A stretch of 64,000 nt of DNA from an uncultured Rickettsiales bacterium (GTDB taxonomy: Bacteria > Myxococcota_A > UBA796 > UBA9615 > CAYRNR01), in NCBI GenBank assembly GCA_964558555.1, contig CAZLEO010000002.1, positions 14,612-78,611 of the forward strand. The letters are read 5' to 3'. A program made the position numbers and the translations under genes. This document shows, piece after piece, positions 28,527 to 36,192 of the stretch (its first letter is position 1; every line of letters begins with the position of its first letter). The notes beneath the pieces were generated by a model, which searched no databases, was not told where the DNA came from, and saw only the letters and a list, made by a program, of their open reading frames with translations.

Positions 28527-29600
28527 ATGCCGACCCGGGCCGAGTCCATCCACGAGGAAGTCCAGCGGGCCATCGAGCGCGCGAAGCGCAGCGCGCCCGG
28601 CTCCGAGCAGGAGCAGGCCGATCTCGCAGAGCGCATCGCGCAGCTGCTCGAGGAGAAGGACGCGATCCTGGTGGCCCACTACTACACCCGGTCGGAGCTG
28701 CAGGAGCTGGCCGAGGCCACGGGCGGAATCGTGGCGGACTCGCTGGAGATGGCCAAGTTCGGCAATGCTCACCCTGCGTCCACGCTGGTGGTGTGCGGTG
28801 TGCGCTTCATGGGGGAGACCGCCAAGATCCTCAACCCCGAGAAGACCGTGCTCATGCCGGACCTGGAGGCCGACTGCTCGCTGGACCTGGGCTGCCCGGC
28901 CGACGAGTTCGCGGCGTTGTGTGACGCTCACCCGGACCGGACCGCCGTGGTCTACGCCAACACCAGCGCCGCGGTGAAGGCCCGCGCCGACTGGGTGGTG
29001 ACCTCGGGCATCGCCCTGAAGATCGTGGGGCACCTGCACGAGCGCGGCGAGAAGATCCTCTGGGCGCCCGACCGCCACCTGGGATCGTACGTCCAGAAGG
29101 AGACCGGCGCGGACATGATCCTGTGGGACGGCACCTGCGTGGTGCACGAGGAGTTCCGCGCCGAGGAGATCGACGCCCTGGTCGAGCGCCACCCCGGCGC
29201 CCGGGTCCTCGTCCACCCCGAGTCGCCGGCCGCGGTGATCGAGAAGGCCCACGTGGTGGGCTCCACCAGCGCCATGATCGAGGCCGTGCGCACCGGCGAT
29301 GCCGACACCTACATCGTCGCCACCGACCGCGGCATCTTCCACGAGATGCAGCAGGCGTCGCCCGGCAAGCGTCTCATCGAGGCGCCCACCATCGGCGTCG
29401 GCGCCACCTGCCAGTGCTGCGCCCACTGCCCGTGGATGGAGATGAACGGCCTGCGCGACCTCGTCGAGGTCCTCGAGACCGGCCGCAACGAGATCCTCGT
29501 GGACCCGGCCGTGGGCCGCGAGGCCATGGTCTCGCTGCAGCGCATGATCGATTTTTCGATGAGTCTGGATCAGCCCGTCCTGGGCCAGTGCACGGTCTAA
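28527..29600 (+). CDS. nadA: Quinolinate synthase A
   Basis: Conserved NadA blocks [47 protein letters not shown] and VHPE, plus a C-terminal Cys-rich [4Fe-4S] region [18 protein letters not shown]. Confidence 0.9.
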   Translation: MPTRAESIHEEVQRAIERAKRSAPGSEQEQADLAERIAQLLEEKDAILVAHYYTRSELQELAEATGGIVADSLEMAKFGNAHPASTLVVCGVRFMGETAKILNPEKTVLMPDLEADCSLDLGCPADEFAALCDAHPDRTAVVYANTSAAVKARADWVVTSGIALKIVGHLHERGEKILWAPDRHLGSYVQKETGADMILWDGTCVVHEEFRAEEIDALVERHPGARVLVHPESPAAVIEKAHVVGSTSAMIEAVRTGDADTYIVATDRGIFHEMQQASPGKRLIEAPTIGVGATCQCCAHCPWMEMNGLRDLVEVLETGRNEILVDPAVGREAMVSLQRMIDFSMSLDQPVLGQCTV

Positions 29601-29735
29601 CTCCCTGAAATCTCGGCAGTTGCATAGTCCATCGATTTCGTGGAATTAGTTAGAGCTAACGTATATATGTATATTCTTATATTTGACTATGCGTGATCGA
29701 GTGGGTAGGGTTTCCTCGAATCCTGGAGGAACTCG
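29601..29735. promoter_or_regulatory. AT-rich (~35-40% GC) intergenic island upstream of the arsR-psr operon; it contains TTGACT (-35-like) and short inverted repeats that may be an ArsR operator
   Basis: cgatttcgtggaattagttagagctaacgtatatatgtatattcttatatttgactatgcg. This is the lowest-GC stretch in the window. GTTAG-AG-CTAAC is a short inverted repeat. Confidence 0.5.
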
Positions 29736-30074
29736 ATGCCACCCAAGATCGACCTCGACCCCCAGCTCTTCGAGATACAGGCGGAGTTCTGCCGGATGAT
29801 GGGCAACCGCAACCGGCTGATGATCCTCCACGCCCTGCGCGAAGGAGAGATGTGCGTGTCCGATCTCACCGAGATCCTGGGCGTCTCGCAGCCGGTGGTC
29901 TCCCAGCACCTGGCAGTGCTGCGCAAGCTCGGCGTGGTCCTCATGCGCCGGGACGGCCAGCACGTCTTCTACAGCCTGTCCGACCCCAACATCTCCAGCG
30001 CGTGCGACATGATCCGCGCCATCCTGCAGCGCACCGTGCAGGCGCGCTCGGAGGTCCTGGGAGGGAACTCCTGA
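29736..30074 (+). CDS. ArsR/SmtB-family metalloregulator or redox-sensing transcriptional repressor
   Basis: Winged-HTH with the RLMILHAL...LGVSQPVVSQHLAVLRKLGVV signature. Cys at EMCVSDL (compare the ArsR ELCVCDL metalloid site) plus a C-terminal Cys89. The stop overlaps the start of the molybdoenzyme gene (TGATG). Confidence 0.85.
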   Translation: MPPKIDLDPQLFEIQAEFCRMMGNRNRLMILHALREGEMCVSDLTEILGVSQPVVSQHLAVLRKLGVVLMRRDGQHVFYSLSDPNISSACDMIRAILQRTVQARSEVLGGNS

Positions 30075-32323
30075 TGGCACCCGTCAGCCGAAGGCAATTC
30101 ATCAAGATCGGGGCCGCGTCGTCGGCCGGAGTCGCCGCGGGAGCGGCCCTGGCGCCGTCCTTGCTACGGCCCCGCCGGGCCCTGGCCGCGCACGATCCCA
30201 CGCCCGACGACGTCCAGATCAGGCACAGCTACTGTGAGATGTGCTTCTGGAAGTGCGCGGTGCGGGCGTACGTGTCCGGTGACCGCATCTGGAAGCTCGA
30301 GGGCAACCCCGCCGATCCGTTGACCCGAGGGCGGCTGTGCCCCCGCGGCACCGGCGGGATCGGCACCTACACGGATCGCGATCGTCTGCGCACCCCCCTG
30401 ATCCGCACCGAACAGCGGGGCAAGCAGGTGTTCCGCGAGGCGAGCTGGGACGAGGCGCTGGGGTACATCGCCGACAAGCTCGACCACGTGAAGAAGACGT
30501 GGGGCCCGTCGAGCGCTGCGCTCTTCTACCACGGCTCTGGCGGCGCCTACCTCAAGGAGCTGATGAAGGCCTACGGCTCGGCCAACGTGGCCGCGCCCAG
30601 CTACGCCCAGTGCCGGGGCCCGCGCGAGGCCGCGTTCCAGGTGACCTACGGCCGGGGGGTCGGCTCGCCCGAGAACACCGACATCGCCAACACCCGCTGC
30701 CTCGTGCTCATCGGCAGTCACCTCGGCGAGAACATGCACAACTCCCAGGTGCAGGAGTTCTCCCGGGCCATCGACCGCGGCGCGGACATCATCGTGGTGG
30801 ACCCGCGCTTCTCCACCGCCGCGGGCAAGGCCAGGCACTGGCTGCCCATCCGTCCGGCCACGGACGTGGCGCTGTTGCTGGCGTGGATCCACGTGATCAT
30901 CGAAGAGGAGCTGTACGACGAGCAGTACGTGGAGCGGTACACCTACGGCTTCGACCAGCTGCGGGCGGCCGTGGCCAGCAACACCCCGGAGTGGGCCTGG
31001 CCCATCACCGGCATCGAGCCGGCACAGATCCGCGAGACCGCCCGCGCCATGGGCCGCGCCGCCCCGGCCACGCTGGTGCACCCGGGCCGTCACGTCACCT
31101 GGTACGGCGACGACACCCAGCGGTCCCGCGCCGTGGCCATCCTCAACGCGCTGCTGGGCTCGTGGGGGCGTCGCGGCGGGTTCTACGAGCCGGCCAGGGC
31201 CCGGATCCCCAAGTACCCGTACGCTGACACCGAGGCCCCCGAGCACACCTGGCGCACGACCCTGGGGGGCCGGTACCCCATGGCGAACCTGGCCCTGGCC
31301 CACGAGCTGGCCGACGCGTCCACGCCGCGGCCCGTCGACGCCCCCGACACCAAGGCCTGGATCGTGTACGGCACCAACCTGTCGCTGACCCTGCCGGACT
31401 TCGGCAGCATCCAGGAGAGGATCCGCGATCTGGAGCTGCTGGCGGTGGTGGACATCCTGCCGTCCGAGATCACCGGCTGGGCCGACGTGGTGCTGCCGGA
31501 GGCCGGCTACCTCGAGCGCGGTGACGACCTGAGGCTGTCGCCGTACAAGTCCCCGTCCATCGCGCTGCGCGATCCGGTGGTTCCCCCGGTGGGCGACTCC
31601 AGGCCGGGCTGGTGGATCACCAAGCAGCTCGCCGAGAAGATGGGGCTGGGCGACCACTTCCCCTGGAACGACCTCGACGAGTACCTGCGAGCCCGCCTCG
31701 ACGGCACCGGGATCACCCTGGAGCAGCTGCGCGCCGAGGGTGTCGTGCGGCTCCCCGACCAGCCCATCTACTGGGACGAGGGCCTGGCACCGGCCTTTGC
31801 CACGCCCAGCGGCAAGATCGAGCTGTACTCGACCGCCCTGGCCGAGGCGGGCTTCGACCCCGTCCCCACCTACACCCACCACGAGCAACCCCCGCCGGGC
31901 TCGTTCCGGCTGCTGTACGGCCGCTCGCCGGTCCACACCTTCGGCCGCACCACCAACAACCCGCTGCTGCTGGAGGTGGAGGACACCAACGTGGTGTGGA
32001 TCAACGCCGACGCGGCCGCCGACCTCGGCATCGAGTACGGAGACTGGGTGACGCTGACCAACCAGGACGGGGTCACCTCCAACCGCGCCCGCGCCAAGGT
32101 CACCCAGGGCATCCGCGCCGACGCCGTGTACGTGGTCCACGGCTTCGGCCACACCAGCAAGTCGATGCGGGCGTCGTACCTCAAGGGAATCGACGACGCC
32201 GGCCTGATCACGCGGTTCAGCCGCGACCCGATCATGGGCGGCACCGGCATGCGGGGGAACTTCGTGACCGTGACCAAGGTGGACGGGCCGGCACCCGGCG
32301 CGCACGGGGAGGAGGTGGCCTGA
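30074..32323 (+). CDS. Molybdopterin oxidoreductase catalytic subunit, PsrA/PhsA-type (polysulfide/thiosulfate reductase-like), Tat-exported
   Basis: Twin-arginine signal SRRQFIKIGAASSAGVAAGAALA. N-terminal [4Fe-4S] motif CEMCFWKC...C (C-x2-C-x3-C-xn-C). 749 aa, typical of PsrA/PhsA rather than ArrA or TtrA. MGD-binding domain layout. Confidence 0.8.
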   Translation: MAPVSRRQFIKIGAASSAGVAAGAALAPSLLRPRRALAAHDPTPDDVQIRHSYCEMCFWKCAVRAYVSGDRIWKLEGNPADPLTRGRLCPRGTGGIGTYTDRDRLRTPLIRTEQRGKQVFREASWDEALGYIADKLDHVKKTWGPSSAALFYHGSGGAYLKELMKAYGSANVAAPSYAQCRGPREAAFQVTYGRGVGSPENTDIANTRCLVLIGSHLGENMHNSQVQEFSRAIDRGADIIVVDPRFSTAAGKARHWLPIRPATDVALLLAWIHVIIEEELYDEQYVERYTYGFDQLRAAVASNTPEWAWPITGIEPAQIRETARAMGRAAPATLVHPGRHVTWYGDDTQRSRAVAILNALLGSWGRRGGFYEPARARIPKYPYADTEAPEHTWRTTLGGRYPMANLALAHELADASTPRPVDAPDTKAWIVYGTNLSLTLPDFGSIQERIRDLELLAVVDILPSEITGWADVVLPEAGYLERGDDLRLSPYKSPSIALRDPVVPPVGDSRPGWWITKQLAEKMGLGDHFPWNDLDEYLRARLDGTGITLEQLRAEGVVRLPDQPIYWDEGLAPAFATPSGKIELYSTALAEAGFDPVPTYTHHEQPPPGSFRLLYGRSPVHTFGRTTNNPLLLEVEDTNVVWINADAAADLGIEYGDWVTLTNQDGVTSNRARAKVTQGIRADAVYVVHGFGHTSKSMRASYLKGIDDAGLITRFSRDPIMGGTGMRGNFVTVTKVDGPAPGAHGEEVA

Positions 32324-32862
32324 TGCCTCGCTTCGCCATGACCATGGACACGCGCAAGTGTGTGGGCTGCTCCGACTGCGTGCTCGCGTGCAAGAACGAG
32401 AACCAGTTACCCGAGGGGCTGGCCCGGGACTGGATCGTCAGGGAGACGGGCGGGCGGTTCCCCGACCTGTGGCAGGAGATCCGCTCGGAACGGTGCAATC
32501 ACTGCTCGAACGCCCCGTGCGTCCACACCTGCCCCACGGGCGCGAGCCACGTGGACCGCGACACCGGCGTGGTCCTGGTCACGCCCCACGAGTGCATCGG
32601 CTGCAAGTCGTGCATCGCCGCGTGTCCGTACGACGCGCGCTACATCCACCCCGAGGGCCACGTCAGCAAGTGCACCTTCTGCATCCACCGGACGAAGGAA
32701 GGTGAGAATCCCGCCTGCGTCTCGGTGTGTCCCACGTACTCGCTGGAGTTCGGCGATCTCGACGATCCCGACTCCGAGGTCAGCAAGCTCCTGGCAAGCC
32801 GCAAGTACAAGACCCTGCTGCCCGAGGCCGGCACCCGGCCCAACGTCTACTTCCTGGTGTGA
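32323..32862 (+). CDS. 4Fe-4S ferredoxin-type electron-transfer subunit (PsrB/PhsB/NrfC-like)
   Basis: Four Cys clusters (CVGCSDCVLAC, CNHCSNAPCVHTCP, CIGCKSCIAACP, CTFC...C). Start overlaps the upstream stop (TGATG). Confidence 0.85.
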   Translation: MPRFAMTMDTRKCVGCSDCVLACKNENQLPEGLARDWIVRETGGRFPDLWQEIRSERCNHCSNAPCVHTCPTGASHVDRDTGVVLVTPHECIGCKSCIAACPYDARYIHPEGHVSKCTFCIHRTKEGENPACVSVCPTYSLEFGDLDDPDSEVSKLLASRKYKTLLPEAGTRPNVYFLV

Positions 32863-32874
32863 GGGGATACGACG

Positions 32875-33822
32875 ATGGAACGCGAGATCGAGATCATTTC
32901 GGGTCGCATGAATCACGAGATCGACCCCCACCTGGAGATCTGGGGCTGGGAGCTGCCCGCCTACTTCTTCCTGGGGGGGCTGGCCGCGGGCGTGCTGATC
33001 CTGTCGGCCGCGCTGCTGTTGTCGGGCAAGGAGGAGCGCTACCCCGCGGCCGTTCGGTACGCGCCTCTGGTGGTCGCTCCGGCGCTGGGGCTCGGGCTGG
33101 TGCTCCTCATGCTGGACCTGAGCCATGTGTGGCACTTCTACCACCTGTTCCTCACCTTCGAGCCCACCTCGCCCATCTCCTGGGGTACGTGGTTGCTGAC
33201 CCTGGTGATGCCCTTGTCGGTGGTGTACGCCTTTGCCGTACTCCCGCGGACGGTGTTCCTCAACTGGGTGCGGATCGAGCTGCTGCTCCCCATCCACGAC
33301 CGGCTCCAGCCCATCGTCCGCCCCCTGGCCGTCGTGCTGGCCGTGCTGGCCGCCGGCGTCGGTATCTACACCGGCGTGCTGCTTTCCACGCTGCAAGCCC
33401 GGCCGTTCTGGAACTCCAACGTGCTCGGCGCCCTGTTCCTGTCGTCCGGGCTGACTGCGGGCACGTCCGTCGCGCTGCTGGTCGCCTGGCTCGAGCACGA
33501 GCGCAAGCTCCTCGCCACGGTCCTCATGGGCACCATCGGCGTGGAGCTCGTGCTGCTGCTGCTGTTCGTGCTGGGGCACGCCACCGGCGGTGAGGCCTCC
33601 CAGCAGGTGGCCCACATGCTGCTCGGGGGCGAGATGGCCCTGCACTTCCTGGTCTTCGACGTGGCCGTCGGCCTCGTCGCGCCGCTGCTGCTGCTGGTGT
33701 TCCAGCTCAGCGGCCGCGCCCGCTACACCCCCATCGCGCCGCTGCTGGCCCTGTTCGGCGGCGTGATGCTCCGTCTGACCATGGTCCACGGCGGCCAGAT
33801 CACCCAGTGGCTGCCGTACTAG
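32875..33822 (+). CDS. NrfD/PsrC-family polytopic membrane anchor (quinol-interacting subunit)
   Basis: About 8 TM helices with NrfD-family topology. Located directly downstream of the A and B subunits. Confidence 0.8.
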   Translation: MEREIEIISGRMNHEIDPHLEIWGWELPAYFFLGGLAAGVLILSAALLLSGKEERYPAAVRYAPLVVAPALGLGLVLLMLDLSHVWHFYHLFLTFEPTSPISWGTWLLTLVMPLSVVYAFAVLPRTVFLNWVRIELLLPIHDRLQPIVRPLAVVLAVLAAGVGIYTGVLLSTLQARPFWNSNVLGALFLSSGLTAGTSVALLVAWLEHERKLLATVLMGTIGVELVLLLLFVLGHATGGEASQQVAHMLLGGEMALHFLVFDVAVGLVAPLLLLVFQLSGRARYTPIAPLLALFGGVMLRLTMVHGGQITQWLPY

Positions 33823-33833
33823 GAGAGGGACGC

Positions 33834-34346
33834 ATGTCCAACGTACCCAAGCGATACGTCAACCCCTACGTCTCCGGGCTGCTGCTCGGCGTCGTGCTGT
33901 TCAGCGCCCTGTTCGTGGTGGGACGCGGCCTGGGCGCGTCGGGCGCGATGATGCGGACGGCGGCCCACGCGACCGAGATCGTCGCCCCCGAGGTCGTCGA
34001 GGCCAACGCGTACCTCGGCCGGTACGCCGAGCGGAGCCTGCTGGACGACTGGCTGTTCATCGAGATCCTCGGTGTGGCCGTGGGCGCGCTGCTCAGCGCC
34101 GCGCTGGGCCGACGGTTGAGGTGGGAGATCCTCAAGGGGCCGCGCATGAGCGGCGCCGCGCGGCTGGGGCTCGCCCTGCTCGGCGGCGGGATCTTCGGCT
34201 TCGGCGCCCGCCTCGCCCGGGGGTGTACCTCCGGGCTCGCCCTGTCCGGCGGGGCCACCCTCGCCCTGGGCTCCATGGTGGGCATGATGTGCATCTTCGC
34301 GGGCGCCTACGCGTTCGCGTACTTCTTGCGGAGGCAATGGATCTGA
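33834..34346 (+). CDS. YeeE/YedE-family sulfur-compound (thiosulfate-type) transporter, N-terminal half-size protein
   Basis: Family motif FGFGARLARGCTSGLALSGG (GC-x-SG) with ~4 TM helices. RBS AGGAGAGGG. Confidence 0.7.
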   Translation: MSNVPKRYVNPYVSGLLLGVVLFSALFVVGRGLGASGAMMRTAAHATEIVAPEVVEANAYLGRYAERSLLDDWLFIEILGVAVGALLSAALGRRLRWEILKGPRMSGAARLGLALLGGGIFGFGARLARGCTSGLALSGGATLALGSMVGMMCIFAGAYAFAYFLRRQWI

Positions 34347-34945
34347 TGGCACCTCTGGCCAAGGTAGGAGAGTGGGCGCCCCAGATCGGGCTGATCGCGG
34401 CGTTCGTGATCGGGATCGGCTTCGGCTGGGCGCTGGAGATGGGCGGGCTGGGCAACTCCCGCAAGCTCGCCTCGCAGTTCTATTTCCGCGACCTGACGGT
34501 CTTCAAGGTCATGTTCACCGGCATCGTCACGGCCATGCTGCTGATGTTCGGCGCCGGCGCCCTGGGGTGGATGGATCTGTCGCTGGTCTACCTCAACCCC
34601 ACGTTCCTGTGGCCGATGGCCATCGGCGGCTTCGTCATGGGGGCCGGCTTCGTCGTCGGCGGGTGGTGACCGGGCACCTGCGTGATCGGTGCGGTCACGG
34701 GAAAGATAGACGGTCTGATGTTCCTCGTCGGCGCCATGGGCGGCATGCTCGCCTTCGGGTTCGCTTACCCCGCCGTCGAGGGTCTGTTCATGGCCGGCGA
34801 GATCGAGGGCTCACCCACCGTCGCGTCGTGGCTCGGCGTCCGCCCGGGCGTCATCGCCCTGGGCATGACGGTGGTGGCGGTCGTCGGATTCATCGGCGCC
34901 CATTGGGCCGAAAAGCGCTTCGGAGAGGGGCCGGTACAGCCATGA
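34346..34945 (+). CDS. YeeE/YedE-family transporter second half, interrupted by an in-frame TGA at 34667-34669; either a selenocysteine recoding candidate or a pseudogene
   Basis: ORFs 34346..34669 and 34670..34945 are in the same frame with one TGA between them. Joined, they give a ~199-aa half-transporter with GFVVGGW-[TGA]-PGTCVIG. The TGA sits within one residue of the GG-C position conserved in the family. Start overlaps the upstream stop (TGATG). Confidence 0.5.
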
Positions 34946-35622
34946 GCTTCAGATGGGAGTACATCGCAGCGGGCCTCGGCCTGCTCCTCGCCGTCGGCGT
35001 GGCCTCGAGCCGGGCCGGCGTCGGTACCATGGGCGCCTGGGAAGCGGTCGGCCGCCCCGCCGAGGCCGTCCCTGCCGACGTCGTCGCCCCTGCCGACGTG
35101 CCCCCCGCGGGCGTCCCGGCTATCACCGCGGACGAGCTCGCCGCGGATCTGCTGGCCGGCGCCCCCGGCCTCACCGTGGTGGACGTGCGCGCTGCTGACG
35201 AGTCCCCGGCCGACCGCATCCCGGTCGCGTACTGGATGCCCCTCGACGACGCCGGGTGGCAGCCGCCGGGGCCGTTCCCCGAGCACCGCCGTCTCGTCCT
35301 CGTGGCCGCCGCCGCGGACACGGCCGAGGCGGCCTGGAGCCACGCGCGCGGCCTGGGCTACGAGCGCGTCGCCGTGCTGGACGGCGGTCAGGCCGCCTGG
35401 AACGCGAGGTACGGAGATCCCCAGGAGCCCGGGGCGGACGCCTCCAGGCTCGACTGGCAGGACTACCGGGCCCGACGGGCTGCCTCCCTGTACCTCACCG
35501 GGGGCTTCGGCGCCCTCGACCAGGGCGCTCCTGGCAAGGGATCGGAGCCCCCCGCTGCAGCGCCTCCCCCGCTCCCGGCGCGGCGGCTGGCCACCAGCCC
35601 CGGGTCGGGCGAGGGCTGCTGA
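34942..35622 (+). CDS. Rhodanese-homology-domain protein with no catalytic Cys (predicted inactive or regulatory), N-terminal TM anchor
   Basis: Rhodanese fold signature LTVVDVRAADE...IPVAYWMP...RRLVLVAAAADTAEAAW, with Ala in place of the active-site Cys. Start overlaps the upstream stop (ATGA). Confidence 0.6.
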   Translation: MSFRWEYIAAGLGLLLAVGVASSRAGVGTMGAWEAVGRPAEAVPADVVAPADVPPAGVPAITADELAADLLAGAPGLTVVDVRAADESPADRIPVAYWMPLDDAGWQPPGPFPEHRRLVLVAAAADTAEAAWSHARGLGYERVAVLDGGQAAWNARYGDPQEPGADASRLDWQDYRARRAASLYLTGGFGALDQGAPGKGSEPPAAAPPPLPARRLATSPGSGEGC

Positions 35623-35712
35623 CAACCGGGAATCCGAGTCCGGGCAGCCACAGCGTGAATCTCCATCGAGCCCCGATGGCTCTATGCAGATGAACCCCGG
35701 AGGACGAACCCC

Positions 35713-36117
35713 ATGTCCACGACCGAACTCGGACACACGCTGCGATTCACCGACACCCCCTTCGACGCCGTGGTCGAGCGCACCACCGCGGCGCTGGCCG
35801 ACCAGGGATTCGGCATCATCACGGAGATCGACGTCAAGGCCACGATGAAGAAGAAGCTCGACGTCGACGGCCTGCCCTACAAGATCCTCGGCGCCTGCAA
35901 CCCCGGCTTCGCCCACAAGGCGCTGACCGCCGATCCGCAGATCGGCCTGCTGCTGCCGTGCAACGTCATCGCCTACGAGGGCGACGACGGCGCCGTCACC
36001 GTGTCCATCGTCAAGCCCGAGAAGATGTTCGAGCTCGTCGACGATCCGCGCATGGGCGAGCTGATGGGCGAGGTCTCGGAGGCGCTCGTGAAGGTCCGCG
36101 ACGCCCTCACCAGCTGA
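35713..36117 (+). CDS. DUF302-family small protein
   Basis: 134-aa protein with FGIITEIDVKATMKKKL...YKILGACNPGFAHKAL, typical of DUF302. Commonly found in sulfur-metabolism neighbourhoods. Confidence 0.6.
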   Translation: MSTTELGHTLRFTDTPFDAVVERTTAALADQGFGIITEIDVKATMKKKLDVDGLPYKILGACNPGFAHKALTADPQIGLLLPCNVIAYEGDDGAVTVSIVKPEKMFELVDDPRMGELMGEVSEALVKVRDALTS

Positions 36118-36192
36118 TCCCCGCGTCGTCCCGTCCAGCCACCAGCCTGCTCCAACTTGGTACAATGGGTGCCTCTGGAGAGGGGTACCCGA

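Noticed and set aside
29646-30080. 144-aa minus-strand ORF overlapping arsR
   Set aside because: The plus-strand frame encodes a canonical ArsR winged-helix protein. The antisense ORF has no features.
30074-32323. Arsenate respiratory reductase (ArrA) identity for the molybdoenzyme, because of the ArsR regulator
   Set aside because: At 749 aa it is about 100 residues shorter than ArrA. It is followed by a PsrB/PsrC-type pair and YeeE/rhodanese sulfur genes, so a PsrA/PhsA-type call is favoured. ArrA is not fully excluded without phylogeny.
36158-36173. Sigma-54-like motif TGGTAC-N5-GTGC upstream of the 36193 lipoprotein gene
   Set aside because: The spacing is right, but the predicted TSS would fall at or after the RBS, leaving no functional leader. 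Treated as chance.
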